Source: a virus (lineage: Duplodnaviria > Heunggongvirae > Uroviricota > Caudoviricetes). From it: DNA of 64,000 nt. Where the stretch lies: the IMG/VR virus record IMGVR_UViG_3300028805_000047, one strand, 5' to 3'. Below, one piece after another: positions 19,309-27,710 of this stretch (position 1 is its first letter; the number at the start of each line of letters is the position of its first letter). The notes beneath the pieces were generated by a model that did no database searches, was not told where the DNA came from, and saw nothing but the letters and a program-made list of their open reading frames with translations. The position numbers and the translations under genes were made by a program.

Positions 19309-19668
19309 ATGAAAAAATTATTTTGGAACTTGCTTGCAAAGTTGGGATTTTGGATTCCTACAAAGTATTATCTACCTACAAGTCCAGATTGGGATTGGGT
19401 GTTGATATCCTTCGTAGACTGCAATGGTAAAGGCATTCGTGCAATTCCTGAAGTTGCCGAATTGGGATTATCAGGTTGGCATACTTGTGATGATGACAAA
19501 ACACATCAATATTTTCTAAACAACGATTGTGTTGTAACACACTGGAGAAAGATTCCTGCTGAACCTGTAAGACGGAGTGAATTGAGAAAAACGTACATAT
19601 ATTCAATTAAATGTTTTTTCCATAGAACATTTACACAAGAAACACCTACTGTAGTAGAGAAAAACTGA
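19309..19668 (+). CDS. hypothetical protein (DUF551-like WIP...VTHW pattern)
   Basis: WIPTKYYLP...VTHWRKIP. Confidence 0.6.
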   Translation: MKKLFWNLLAKLGFWIPTKYYLPTSPDWDWVLISFVDCNGKGIRAIPEVAELGLSGWHTCDDDKTHQYFLNNDCVVTHWRKIPAEPVRRSELRKTYIYSIKCFFHRTFTQETPTVVEKN

Positions 19669-19682
19669 TAAACTATCAAGAT

Positions 19683-20258
19683 ATGGGAGTAAAGAATCTA
19701 AAAGAACATTACAACATAAAATATATCGTACAGGTATATGACAACATTGACAAACCTAAGACTGTATGTATAGGTTCTGCATATGTACATGACCTGATAG
19801 AGCTCAGTATGGACGGAAAGATAATAAAAGTCAACAGTATTGTCAAAAGGAACCGTCATGATGAGGCGATTGTGAAAATCCTTGACAGATTGGAAGCTGA
19901 CGGTCCTGACTTGGTCGCAAAACTTATAAACGAGTCTGACATCTTCAAAGATTTAAAACCTGTCTATATCTACGAAAGAGGAAGAATCTATAAAAAATAC
20001 TGTGAGGAATTCGGATGGCCAAATTGTACGACAGATGGAATGCTGATGTATGAAAATACGTCGTTTGCTGTAAGAGAGGATGCTTGGAAATATGCGAAGA
20101 AAAGTACTAAACTTGACTATGAATGGAAAAGTACTAAGAACAACATAAAGGAATCATTTGTAAGGATTTGGAAAAATACCATATGGTTTTTAATTAGTGT
20201 TCTTGATTGGCTTTATATCAGGACCATAGGACGCTGGAGGAATATTGTTAGAAAATAA
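19683..20258 (+). CDS. hypothetical phage protein
   Basis: 191-aa ORF; CEEFGWPNCTTDG. Confidence 0.8.
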   Translation: MGVKNLKEHYNIKYIVQVYDNIDKPKTVCIGSAYVHDLIELSMDGKIIKVNSIVKRNRHDEAIVKILDRLEADGPDLVAKLINESDIFKDLKPVYIYERGRIYKKYCEEFGWPNCTTDGMLMYENTSFAVREDAWKYAKKSTKLDYEWKSTKNNIKESFVRIWKNTIWFLISVLDWLYIRTIGRWRNIVRK

Positions 20259-20263
20259 TTAGT

Positions 20264-20271
20264 TATAAATA
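20264..20271 (+). promoter_or_regulatory. T4-type late promoter TATAAATA
   Basis: Exact T4 late consensus 30 nt upstream of a CTS-motif gene; a gp55-like sigma is encoded in the window. Confidence 0.55.
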
Positions 20272-20301
20272 GTTTAGTAAAATATAAATTTATTTCTAAT
20301 T

Positions 20302-20697
20302 ATGAAAAATTTGAAAACATTCAAGCAGGTTTTGGAAAATGTCAGCTATGCAGATTCATCAAAGACATTCTCAGAACTTGTCAATGGAGACAAAATCTAC
20401 ATGTACAACAAAGAATTCCCTAACAAACTGGGGTGTAAGTATGACGGTATAACTGAATTGACTTTGACCGGAAACCCGTATATCTTTGACGATGATGAGG
20501 GATTGATTCCTGCAGACAAGGGATACTATATTTTTAAATCAGATTGGTTTAAAACATCATCTTATGACAGTGTAAGAAAAGATTGGATAATAGCTACATC
20601 CATTGAAGAGCTTGTAAGGATTTTGAAATATGTTTTCAATTTCTCAAATATTGATTTCCTTATGCAGAACATGCACAGAATCAATAACATAAATTAA
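20302..20697 (+). CDS. putative virion internal protein (CTS-like MKNLKTFKQVLE), family C-like domain
   Basis: N-terminal motif, then KTFSELVNGDKIY. Confidence 0.7.
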   Translation: MKNLKTFKQVLENVSYADSSKTFSELVNGDKIYMYNKEFPNKLGCKYDGITELTLTGNPYIFDDDEGLIPADKGYYIFKSDWFKTSSYDSVRKDWIIATSIEELVRILKYVFNFSNIDFLMQNMHRINNIN

Positions 20698-20883
20698 GGT
20701 GTTGAAATTTCTAAAACATTTTCAGATCTGATTGACAAATTCAGTGAAGAAGAATGGATTGATGACACTGACAGTTTCCTCGATATTTTTGATGACGGAA
20801 ATGATACAATCACGCCTGAATATTTCATTGACGACAGTGGGTCTGAAAGATACTGGATTAATGTATCAAAATGTATAAATTAA
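20698..20883 (+). pseudogene. start-less gene fragment next to the tnpB 3' end
   Basis: Open frame GVEISKTFSDLIDKFSEEEW...YWINVS, in frame after the TAA of the upstream gene. Confidence 0.4.
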
Positions 20884-22247
20884 ATAAAATTTATAAACTT
20901 TGTTTGTAGGTTAAAGGATTTAACACTACCGGCGATACAACGTCACCTCTGTCACGTAAGAACAATAATTGTTCATCTGTGATTGCATTTACTTTTCTTA
21001 ACATACCAATTGCACCATTTATATCTGCATTTAATAATTTACCAGTAGAAGATTTGAATAAACCACGTTTAACTCGCTTGCCTGAATAATTTTCATGGTG
21101 TTTCATTTCTTCTAATACTAAATGGTCGCATTTTGAAGTATAGCTTTCTTCAACTGTTGTAACATATAAATCAGTATACTCTTGACTTTTATATTGCAAT
21201 TGGTTTATCAAAGTATTGAACGGAATCTGAACAAAATTTTGGTTGTTGGCTTTAGACATATTACATTCAGTCTTCCATTGATTATTGTGTCCAATAATAA
21301 TGTTCCCAACTTTATTTTCAATACATAAATTAATGATAGCTCTACTTGTGTTATGCAAATAGTTCATTATCTTATTATGACGTTTTGCATTCAATCTTTG
21401 AATTGCTTTTGATGTATATTGTCCTTTATTGCATACATCTAATTTTGACTTCATTTCAGCAAGTTTCTTGTTATAGAACTGGTTCATCGACTTCAACGGT
21501 CTACCGTTAACGACGTATGAAAAGGATTTGTCATTTGCAGTTATAGCACATAAGTTGTTGATACCAAGATCTATACCTATGCTTGAATTTAGGTCATAAT
21601 TGTTTTTCTTTACCTCTCTTTCTTCATAAACTATATTAATTTTTGTTTTTCCATAAAATTTCTGTATTGTTACTTGTCTAACGTCTTTAAGTTTTATTTG
21701 TTTTGGAATTGATATTTTGTAATCAGAACATGGTACTTGAATTGAATTTTCTTTATCATTTTTCTTTCTAAATCTGGACTTATCTATCTGAACTAAATTA
21801 AAAGATTTCTTTTTATATAGATAGTTTGGTATTTTTGGTTCACCATTGAATTTCTTTGGATTCTTCTTATATTCAATTCTTGCTTTTATGTAGGCAGACC
21901 ACATATTCGTCACTTGTCTTATTGCATATGTCTTTGGACCTATATCCAAACCTGAATCTTTATATGCGGAGTCATTCTTTACAATATTCCAAAGTTCATT
22001 ATATGAATAAGTTTTAATTTTCTTTTGTTCTTTCGTCTCAAAGAACTTCTGGCGTTGATAATACAATGCCTGGTCATAGATTGCCAGTGAATCAGACATC
22101 ATTTTGTCTAATCTGCTGTCATTTGATACTATGTAATTCCAAGCCTTTATCATATAGATTATATAATCTTTAATTTATTTATATTTATAATTTTATCATT
22201 TTGTAAATTATAAAATTTATAGAATTTATCTAGTTTATTACTTTATC
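20868..22247 (-). mobile_element. IS200/IS605-superfamily element, tnpB only (boundaries approximate)
   Basis: Minus-strand tnpB within a + strand array, AT-rich ends, no tnpA. Confidence 0.6.
20891..22153 (-). CDS. tnpB: RNA-guided endonuclease TnpB family protein
   Basis: RuvC-I GIDLG, NNQNFVQIPF, EESYTSK, RVKRGLF, RuvC-III NADINGA. Confidence 0.93.
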   Translation of the reverse strand: MIKAWNYIVSNDSRLDKMMSDSLAIYDQALYYQRQKFFETKEQKKIKTYSYNELWNIVKNDSAYKDSGLDIGPKTYAIRQVTNMWSAYIKARIEYKKNPKKFNGEPKIPNYLYKKKSFNLVQIDKSRFRKKNDKENSIQVPCSDYKISIPKQIKLKDVRQVTIQKFYGKTKINIVYEEREVKKNNYDLNSSIGIDLGINNLCAITANDKSFSYVVNGRPLKSMNQFYNKKLAEMKSKLDVCNKGQYTSKAIQRLNAKRHNKIMNYLHNTSRAIINLCIENKVGNIIIGHNNQWKTECNMSKANNQNFVQIPFNTLINQLQYKSQEYTDLYVTTVEESYTSKCDHLVLEEMKHHENYSGKRVKRGLFKSSTGKLLNADINGAIGMLRKVNAITDEQLLFLRDRGDVVSPVVLNPLTYKQSL

Positions 22248-22307
22248 TACAATCCGACAATTCAACACAATAACGTTGTTTATTATATGTACCTTAAATT
22301 AAAATTT

Positions 22308-22679
22308 ATGAATAACAATAGAACAGAAAATCCTGATATAATACTTAGAGGACTTGAATCCTCTATGAGCTTCGGTATGACATCATTATCAAAAAATGCG
22401 ACAGGCTTAGGACTTCCGATATTCGTATATACTAAAATACCGGGACATACATGGTTAAGTAACAGACCATTTTTAAGAATGATCGATACTGACGACATAA
22501 TACGTGCAGTGTGGATTGAACGAGTTACAAACCTTGAAGCCCTTGAAAGCAATCCATTGAACACAGAACAGTTTATCAAGACTAACATATTCATCAACAT
22601 GAATTATGAGCCACTTATGCAATTATGGAACTGCGAGCTAACATCTGACGAATTCATAAGTAAAATTGTTAAAATATAA
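22308..22679 (+). CDS. hypothetical protein
   Basis: ORF after TTGTTTATTATAT motif. Confidence 0.7.
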   Translation: MNNNRTENPDIILRGLESSMSFGMTSLSKNATGLGLPIFVYTKIPGHTWLSNRPFLRMIDTDDIIRAVWIERVTNLEALESNPLNTEQFIKTNIFINMNYEPLMQLWNCELTSDEFISKIVKI

Positions 22680-22691
22680 CTATTGACTATT

Positions 22692-23342
22692 ATGCAAGAA
22701 ACAGTAAAAATGTTCACGACTGAACACCCTTCGCTAACTACAAAAGACATTCAGGAAGAAATTAACAGATTGGATAAAGAAAGTAATGAATACATGTTAG
22801 GTATTCGGGAAAAGAAAAGAAAGCTTGAAGAAAAACTTTTAGCACTGTCAACTGACACAATTAAACGTGTCCGTACGAATATTGGAAAGATTTACATGCA
22901 TACTGAGACAAGAAGCGAGAACTGGCGTGAGACAGTAATTGGCATCATTCAAGATGTTTCATATGAAAAAATCCAATTTAGTAAATGTATCGTATTCAAC
23001 AACAATAATAATGGAGCATATTTTGAAAAGCACAATACTCCATTCTATGTGAATTTTGAAATAGCCAATTTTGAAAAAGGCTTTTATGAAACTCAGACAA
23101 CAACACTTTGGGGTAAGGACATAACTCGTCATTTCGAGATAAAAGAGCTTTCAAAAGATGAGGCGAATTCAATAGTGACGGAGTATATTGAAATATACAA
23201 GAAAGTACGGTATTCAATAATTGATGATGAGTGTGACGGATATTTAAAATCCATTTTAAGCATGTTCAATAAAGGCCAAGAAGATGACACATATGATGAA
23301 CAAGATGAATGTACGTCTGATAAAATCGATGTACTTGATTAA
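22692..23342 (+). CDS. hypothetical protein
   Basis: ORF; N-terminal coiled coil. Confidence 0.75.
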   Translation: MQETVKMFTTEHPSLTTKDIQEEINRLDKESNEYMLGIREKKRKLEEKLLALSTDTIKRVRTNIGKIYMHTETRSENWRETVIGIIQDVSYEKIQFSKCIVFNNNNNGAYFEKHNTPFYVNFEIANFEKGFYETQTTTLWGKDITRHFEIKELSKDEANSIVTEYIEIYKKVRYSIIDDECDGYLKSILSMFNKGQEDDTYDEQDECTSDKIDVLD

Positions 23343-23402
23343 CATAAATAAAAATAAGTATTTGACAAAAGATTTTATAACTTATAAAATAATTTGGTAA
23401 TT

Positions 23403-23939
23403 ATGGAAAATTTAAAGACTTTTAAAGAAATGCTTGATAAGGAAGTCATCTACAGATGCGACGCATTCAATGGTGTTGACTATGATAGAAGAATCAATCC
23501 TTATGACGTCATACAAAACGAGATATTCGAAACAGGCAATACAGACATTTTCAGTACTGTCAACGAGCTATACTGTGATTCAAGTGATGAAAACCTTGAT
23601 GATCTTGAAAACGCCATAGACATGGGGGAATATGACGATGACTGGATTGCTACAGGCGACGAAGAGGAACCTAAGAGATGGTCTGTTAAAAAAGTCACAG
23701 ACTATATTCTTAAAACTGTTCAAAAGACGACAGGAGTAAATGTAAAATATTTCTTATGGCTTGCGAATTTGGATGCTGTCAAATCAGACTACTATGACAA
23801 GTCGTCAGGACGTCCGATATTGAAATTTGATACGACAAAAGCAGTCGTAATTTCAAACCTTGGAGATAGCATTCTTTATGGCTTTCCAGAATTTCCAGAA
23901 CCTGTTGCAGAATACAAAACACTTGACGAAATCGAATAA
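23403..23939 (+). CDS. putative virion internal protein (CTS-like MENLKTFKEMLD)
   Basis: N-terminal motif; CATAAATA at 23343. Confidence 0.7.
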   Translation: MENLKTFKEMLDKEVIYRCDAFNGVDYDRRINPYDVIQNEIFETGNTDIFSTVNELYCDSSDENLDDLENAIDMGEYDDDWIATGDEEEPKRWSVKKVTDYILKTVQKTTGVNVKYFLWLANLDAVKSDYYDKSSGRPILKFDTTKAVVISNLGDSILYGFPEFPEPVAEYKTLDEIE

Positions 23940-24051
23940 TAAGTATATGAAAGTGAAATTCATGAAACAATTTGAGTGATTTTTATAATTTAGTCTATAA
24001 ACATTGTTTATTATATATAACTTTTTAAATTCATAAATTTTTTTTCTTTTT

Positions 24052-24121
24052 GGACGGTTCGGTGTTTCTTCCATCTCTAAGAGTACTTTCAGTTCTAAAT
24101 CTCTGCCGGACCGTCCTTTTT
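24052..24121 (+). ncRNA. long-loop hairpin; candidate small RNA or leader structure
   Basis: Stem GGACGGTTCGG/CCGGACCGTCC plus T-run; promoter-like TTGTTTATTATAT at 24004. Confidence 0.35.
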
Positions 24122-24135
24122 AAGTTTAATGAAAT

Positions 24136-24879
24136 ATGGATGACACGACCCTTATACTTGGAAACTGCTTTGACGCGATGAAAACACTTTCCGACCATTC
24201 GGTTGACCTTATAATTACGGATCCGCCTTATGACCTGTCGGTCAACCACGACGGCGGGAAGCTGTATCATAACAAAGGATTCGACAAAAGCAACAGCGAC
24301 ATTGTGAATGCAGGGATTGACAATAGTTATGACATCTGTTCATTCAGGGATGAGGTGATGAGGGTGATGAAACACATCAATGTATATTTCTGGTGCAACA
24401 AGAAACAGATTCCTGAATACTTCGACTATTATGTGAACGACCTCAAATGCAAATTTGAAATCATATGCTGGCATAAGACGAACGCCCTGCCTACATACAA
24501 CGGCAAATACCTGACAGACACTGAATACTGCCTGTATTTCTTTGAAGGAGGACACAAGCTCTGCAACCCTGAAAGCTATGAGGACGCAAAGACATTCTAC
24601 ATGGCTCCGATAAACCAGAAGGACAAGAAACTTTACAACCACCCTACGATAAAGCCTGTCGACATAATTGAAAGGTTCGTGAGGGTTTCAAGCCGTCCCG
24701 GAGATATGGTGCTTGATCCTTTCATGGGTTCCGGAACCACAGGTGTGGCTGTAAAAAATGTCAGAGACAGAAGCTTTACAGGAATTGAAATAAATCCTGA
24801 ATACTTCATTACCGCGAAATCGAGAATCGACGGAATATATGCAAAACCTGAAGATGAAAGTAATTCATTATTCATATAG
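24136..24879 (+). CDS. orphan DNA methyltransferase, N6-adenine/N4-cytosine beta class
   Basis: DLIITDPPY, HPTIKP, VLDPFMGSGTT, GIEINPEY. Confidence 0.93.
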   Translation: MDDTTLILGNCFDAMKTLSDHSVDLIITDPPYDLSVNHDGGKLYHNKGFDKSNSDIVNAGIDNSYDICSFRDEVMRVMKHINVYFWCNKKQIPEYFDYYVNDLKCKFEIICWHKTNALPTYNGKYLTDTEYCLYFFEGGHKLCNPESYEDAKTFYMAPINQKDKKLYNHPTIKPVDIIERFVRVSSRPGDMVLDPFMGSGTTGVAVKNVRDRSFTGIEINPEYFITAKSRIDGIYAKPEDESNSLFI

Positions 24880-24933
24880 TTATGAAACGTTGTTTATTAT
24901 ATATGTTCTTATCCATATAATTCATTATATACA

Positions 24934-24968
24934 GACGACCGTCAGGGACTAAAACCTTGATGGCCGTT
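24934..24968 (+). terminator. hairpin, probable terminator
   Basis: GACGACCGTCAGGG/CCTTGATGGCCGTT imperfect stem. Confidence 0.45.
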
Positions 24969-25037
24969 ATCTTTATAAATATTTTAGAAATCATTGTTTA
25001 TTAAAAATTATTGTTTAACTGTTAAATAATTAGAATT

Positions 25038-25349
25038 ATGAACGAATCAAAAGAAAAATTCCTTGAATCTCTGAAAAAGTTCAATTCAAGGTTCAAAGAT
25101 GTCGACTGGGCATCAGGCAACTGCTATTATTATGCAGTAATCCTTCAAGCACGTTTCGGAGGCAAAATCTGTTATGATGTCATCAGAGGCCATTTTGTAT
25201 TGAGCATCGAAGGTTTGGGTATTTTCGACTACTACGGGGAATATACGGATCCTGACATGAAGCTTGTTGAATGGGAACACTTCGCTGACTACGACATCCT
25301 TCAGAAGGAAAGAATTATCAGGGACTGTATCCAAAACGATCCAGAATAA
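25038..25349 (+). CDS. hypothetical protein (GNCYYYA...H...DYYG)
   Basis: ORF with conserved-looking Cys/His/Asp residues. Confidence 0.7.
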   Translation: MNESKEKFLESLKKFNSRFKDVDWASGNCYYYAVILQARFGGKICYDVIRGHFVLSIEGLGIFDYYGEYTDPDMKLVEWEHFADYDILQKERIIRDCIQNDPE

Positions 25350-25379
25350 ATTTTTAGTATTAACCTTTAAAATAAATTT

Positions 25380-26018
25380 ATGAACAAATATTATCAACTG
25401 TTGCAAAAAATTATAGACAACGGAAAACATCAAGAAAACAAGAAAGGCGGTATCACCTACTTGATTAATGAAGAACTTAGTATGTCACCAGCAGACCTAC
25501 TCGCAATTTTTGAGACGCATCCAATAGCCAAAAAGAAACTGAAGGCGGAATTGGATTTATACATGGCAGGCGAGGTAAGCATTGAGAAATACAATGAGGT
25601 AGGAATAACATGGTGGGACTACTGCAAACCAGAGTTCAAGAACAGCTATCCGAAATATTTCGAAAAGCTTCCGAAACTGATTGAGAAAATCAATAGGGAG
25701 AAAAGAAACTCAAAGAACTATGTCTTGTTTATCGGAGAGACAGGTGTTGAAACCAACCAGCTTCCATGTCTGTCATTACTTCAGTTTCAAATTGATAACG
25801 GCGAATTAGTGATGACCGTATACCAAAGAAGCTGTGACTCAAACTTGGGGCTTCCATCAGATATCTACCAAATGTACCTTGTCACCAAAATGATTGACAT
25901 TCCTTTGAAGAACATCACGTTCTACATCGGCAATGCCCACATCTACGACAATAATTTGGAAAAGACGAAAGAGCTTTTAGCTGGTGGTGAGAACATCAAG
26001 TTTGACTTGAATGTCTAA
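25380..26018 (+). CDS. thymidylate synthase-superfamily enzyme, possibly dCMP-specific
   Basis: LPCL catalytic Cys, YQRSCD..LGLPSDI, NAHIY. Confidence 0.9.
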   Translation: MNKYYQLLQKIIDNGKHQENKKGGITYLINEELSMSPADLLAIFETHPIAKKKLKAELDLYMAGEVSIEKYNEVGITWWDYCKPEFKNSYPKYFEKLPKLIEKINREKRNSKNYVLFIGETGVETNQLPCLSLLQFQIDNGELVMTVYQRSCDSNLGLPSDIYQMYLVTKMIDIPLKNITFYIGNAHIYDNNLEKTKELLAGGENIKFDLNV

Positions 26019-26070
26019 ACATAAATAAAATAGGTTACGTTCCTCGTTACCTATGATTTACTTTTGGGTT

Positions 26071-26111
26071 GAATTCCTGACAGAATAAAATTTTTGTCAG
26101 GAATTCTTTTT
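26071..26111 (+). terminator. rho-independent terminator
   Basis: GAATTCCTGACA/TGTCAGGAATTC perfect stem plus T-run. Confidence 0.85.
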
Positions 26112-26192
26112 ATTTAAAATGTTGTTTATTATATTTACCTAACAAATTAAACAAATTAACAAAACAATAAATATATTAAAACAGATAAGAAT

Positions 26193-27560
26193 ATGGAAAC
26201 AAAAACAATTGTAAAAAAGAAACTTACTGATTTGGATTACATCAAGCCTTATTATATGAAAGGAACTGACAAATTCGAGGTGACAACACCTGACGATTTG
26301 CTAAAACTTGTAAACGACAAAGATTTCAAATTCGGACTTGGTGTCGGCGGTGCCAAGATTTCGTATATCAATATAGAAGACAAAGGTGACATGCTTGCAA
26401 AGTCCACTTTCAGTTTTTCAGCTGACGGAGACAAAGTTATTGCCACAAGGGGAACTGAAGTTGAGGAAATCGACATTTCAGACCCTGACTTGGACCCTAA
26501 CTTGAGGCATATCTATGATCAAGGTATAAAGGGAATTTATGTAAAGTCTAAAAAGACAACTACTCCTGTCGCTGCAAGGGATTTCAAACTTATCACAATC
26601 CAAAACTTTATGTTTAAACAGATTGACTTCAAGAAACACTACAAAGGTGGTAAGGATGAGGTCAAAGGCATGATTGTCGATTTTGCGAAAGACCCTGACA
26701 AGATAAAAGCATATATTTCAGATTCTTCTTCAATGTGGATGAAGAAGCTTGACGTATATTGCAAACGTTATCATGTCACAGGCGCGGCTATGGACCGTAT
26801 AAAAACAGAACCTACTCCTGAAGAGTTCATTACAGTTGTTGCTAGCGAGCCTAAGAAGCTTGAGCCTTGGGATGAACTTGTAAGAATCTCTAAAAATGCG
26901 AAGGACCGTGAAGACTATATTAAAGAGTATGATGTTAAATGGTCTGGACGTGTTGGTACTTATGCAGATATTAACTCGCTTACAGACATTGAGAAGGAAA
27001 GACTTATAGAATCTCCTACTGAAAAGGAATTCCTTGAAATCATAAAGCTCCCATATATAAACAATCTTCGTAATATCGAACTTACATATACGAAGGATGA
27101 CACGGGCGCGAGAAATGTTTGGTACGGTGAGGCAATTCACTTCATTTCATACAATGACGACAAAAACGTCATTCCTATAGACGACAAAATCTATCGTAAA
27201 ATCAAGAGATATTTTACGAACGAGCCGAAGCCTGCGAAGACTATGAACGAGCTTGATAAGATGATTGCGACAAAAATGGCTGAGAAGGACTGGAGAAGCT
27301 ATGTGTCTGATAGAATCCTTATGATGAGCTTCGTATACCAGATTGGTGACGGTAAGAACCACAGAATGAATTTCGTCAATGAGAAAATTGGTTTGAAGGA
27401 TGCGGCTTTGGAAGCTTCTTTCAATGTTGCTATTGACGACCTTCGTGACAAGATGCGTGGTGACTTTGACGCGACTTCTCAATGGGAAGGAACTTGGAAC
27501 AAACAGAATGAAATGAAAAATTTGCCGACATTCAAAATGTTTTTGGAAAGTTTGATATAA
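26193..27560 (+). CDS. hypothetical protein with C-terminal CTS-like motif
   Basis: 455 aa; ends NEMKNLPTFKMFLESLI. Confidence 0.8.
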   Translation: METKTIVKKKLTDLDYIKPYYMKGTDKFEVTTPDDLLKLVNDKDFKFGLGVGGAKISYINIEDKGDMLAKSTFSFSADGDKVIATRGTEVEEIDISDPDLDPNLRHIYDQGIKGIYVKSKKTTTPVAARDFKLITIQNFMFKQIDFKKHYKGGKDEVKGMIVDFAKDPDKIKAYISDSSSMWMKKLDVYCKRYHVTGAAMDRIKTEPTPEEFITVVASEPKKLEPWDELVRISKNAKDREDYIKEYDVKWSGRVGTYADINSLTDIEKERLIESPTEKEFLEIIKLPYINNLRNIELTYTKDDTGARNVWYGEAIHFISYNDDKNVIPIDDKIYRKIKRYFTNEPKPAKTMNELDKMIATKMAEKDWRSYVSDRILMMSFVYQIGDGKNHRMNFVNEKIGLKDAALEASFNVAIDDLRDKMRGDFDATSQWEGTWNKQNEMKNLPTFKMFLESLI

Positions 27561-27628
27561 TTTCTTGAAAAATATATTATATTGCTATTGCTTTCTGTTC
27601 TTGTTGTTATTTGTTAATTTGTTGGTTG

Positions 27629-27657
27629 AAAACCCTCTGTGCCCTACAGAGGGTTTT
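27629..27657 (+). terminator. rho-independent (possibly bidirectional) terminator
   Basis: AAAACCCTCTGT/ACAGAGGGTTTT. Confidence 0.85.
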
Positions 27658-27710
27658 CTTGTTTTATATAAATATATATGTCTAACATTTAATTAAATTT
27701 TTTAAAGACT

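Noticed and set aside
20695..20883. Programmed read-through of TAA 20695-20697 into the in-frame downstream fragment
   Set aside because: No supporting signal; more simply a gene remnant
24136..25349. Restriction-modification pair (MTase + 25038 ORF)
   Set aside because: The neighbouring ORF is short, lacks nuclease motifs and is separated by a hairpin and promoter-like boxes
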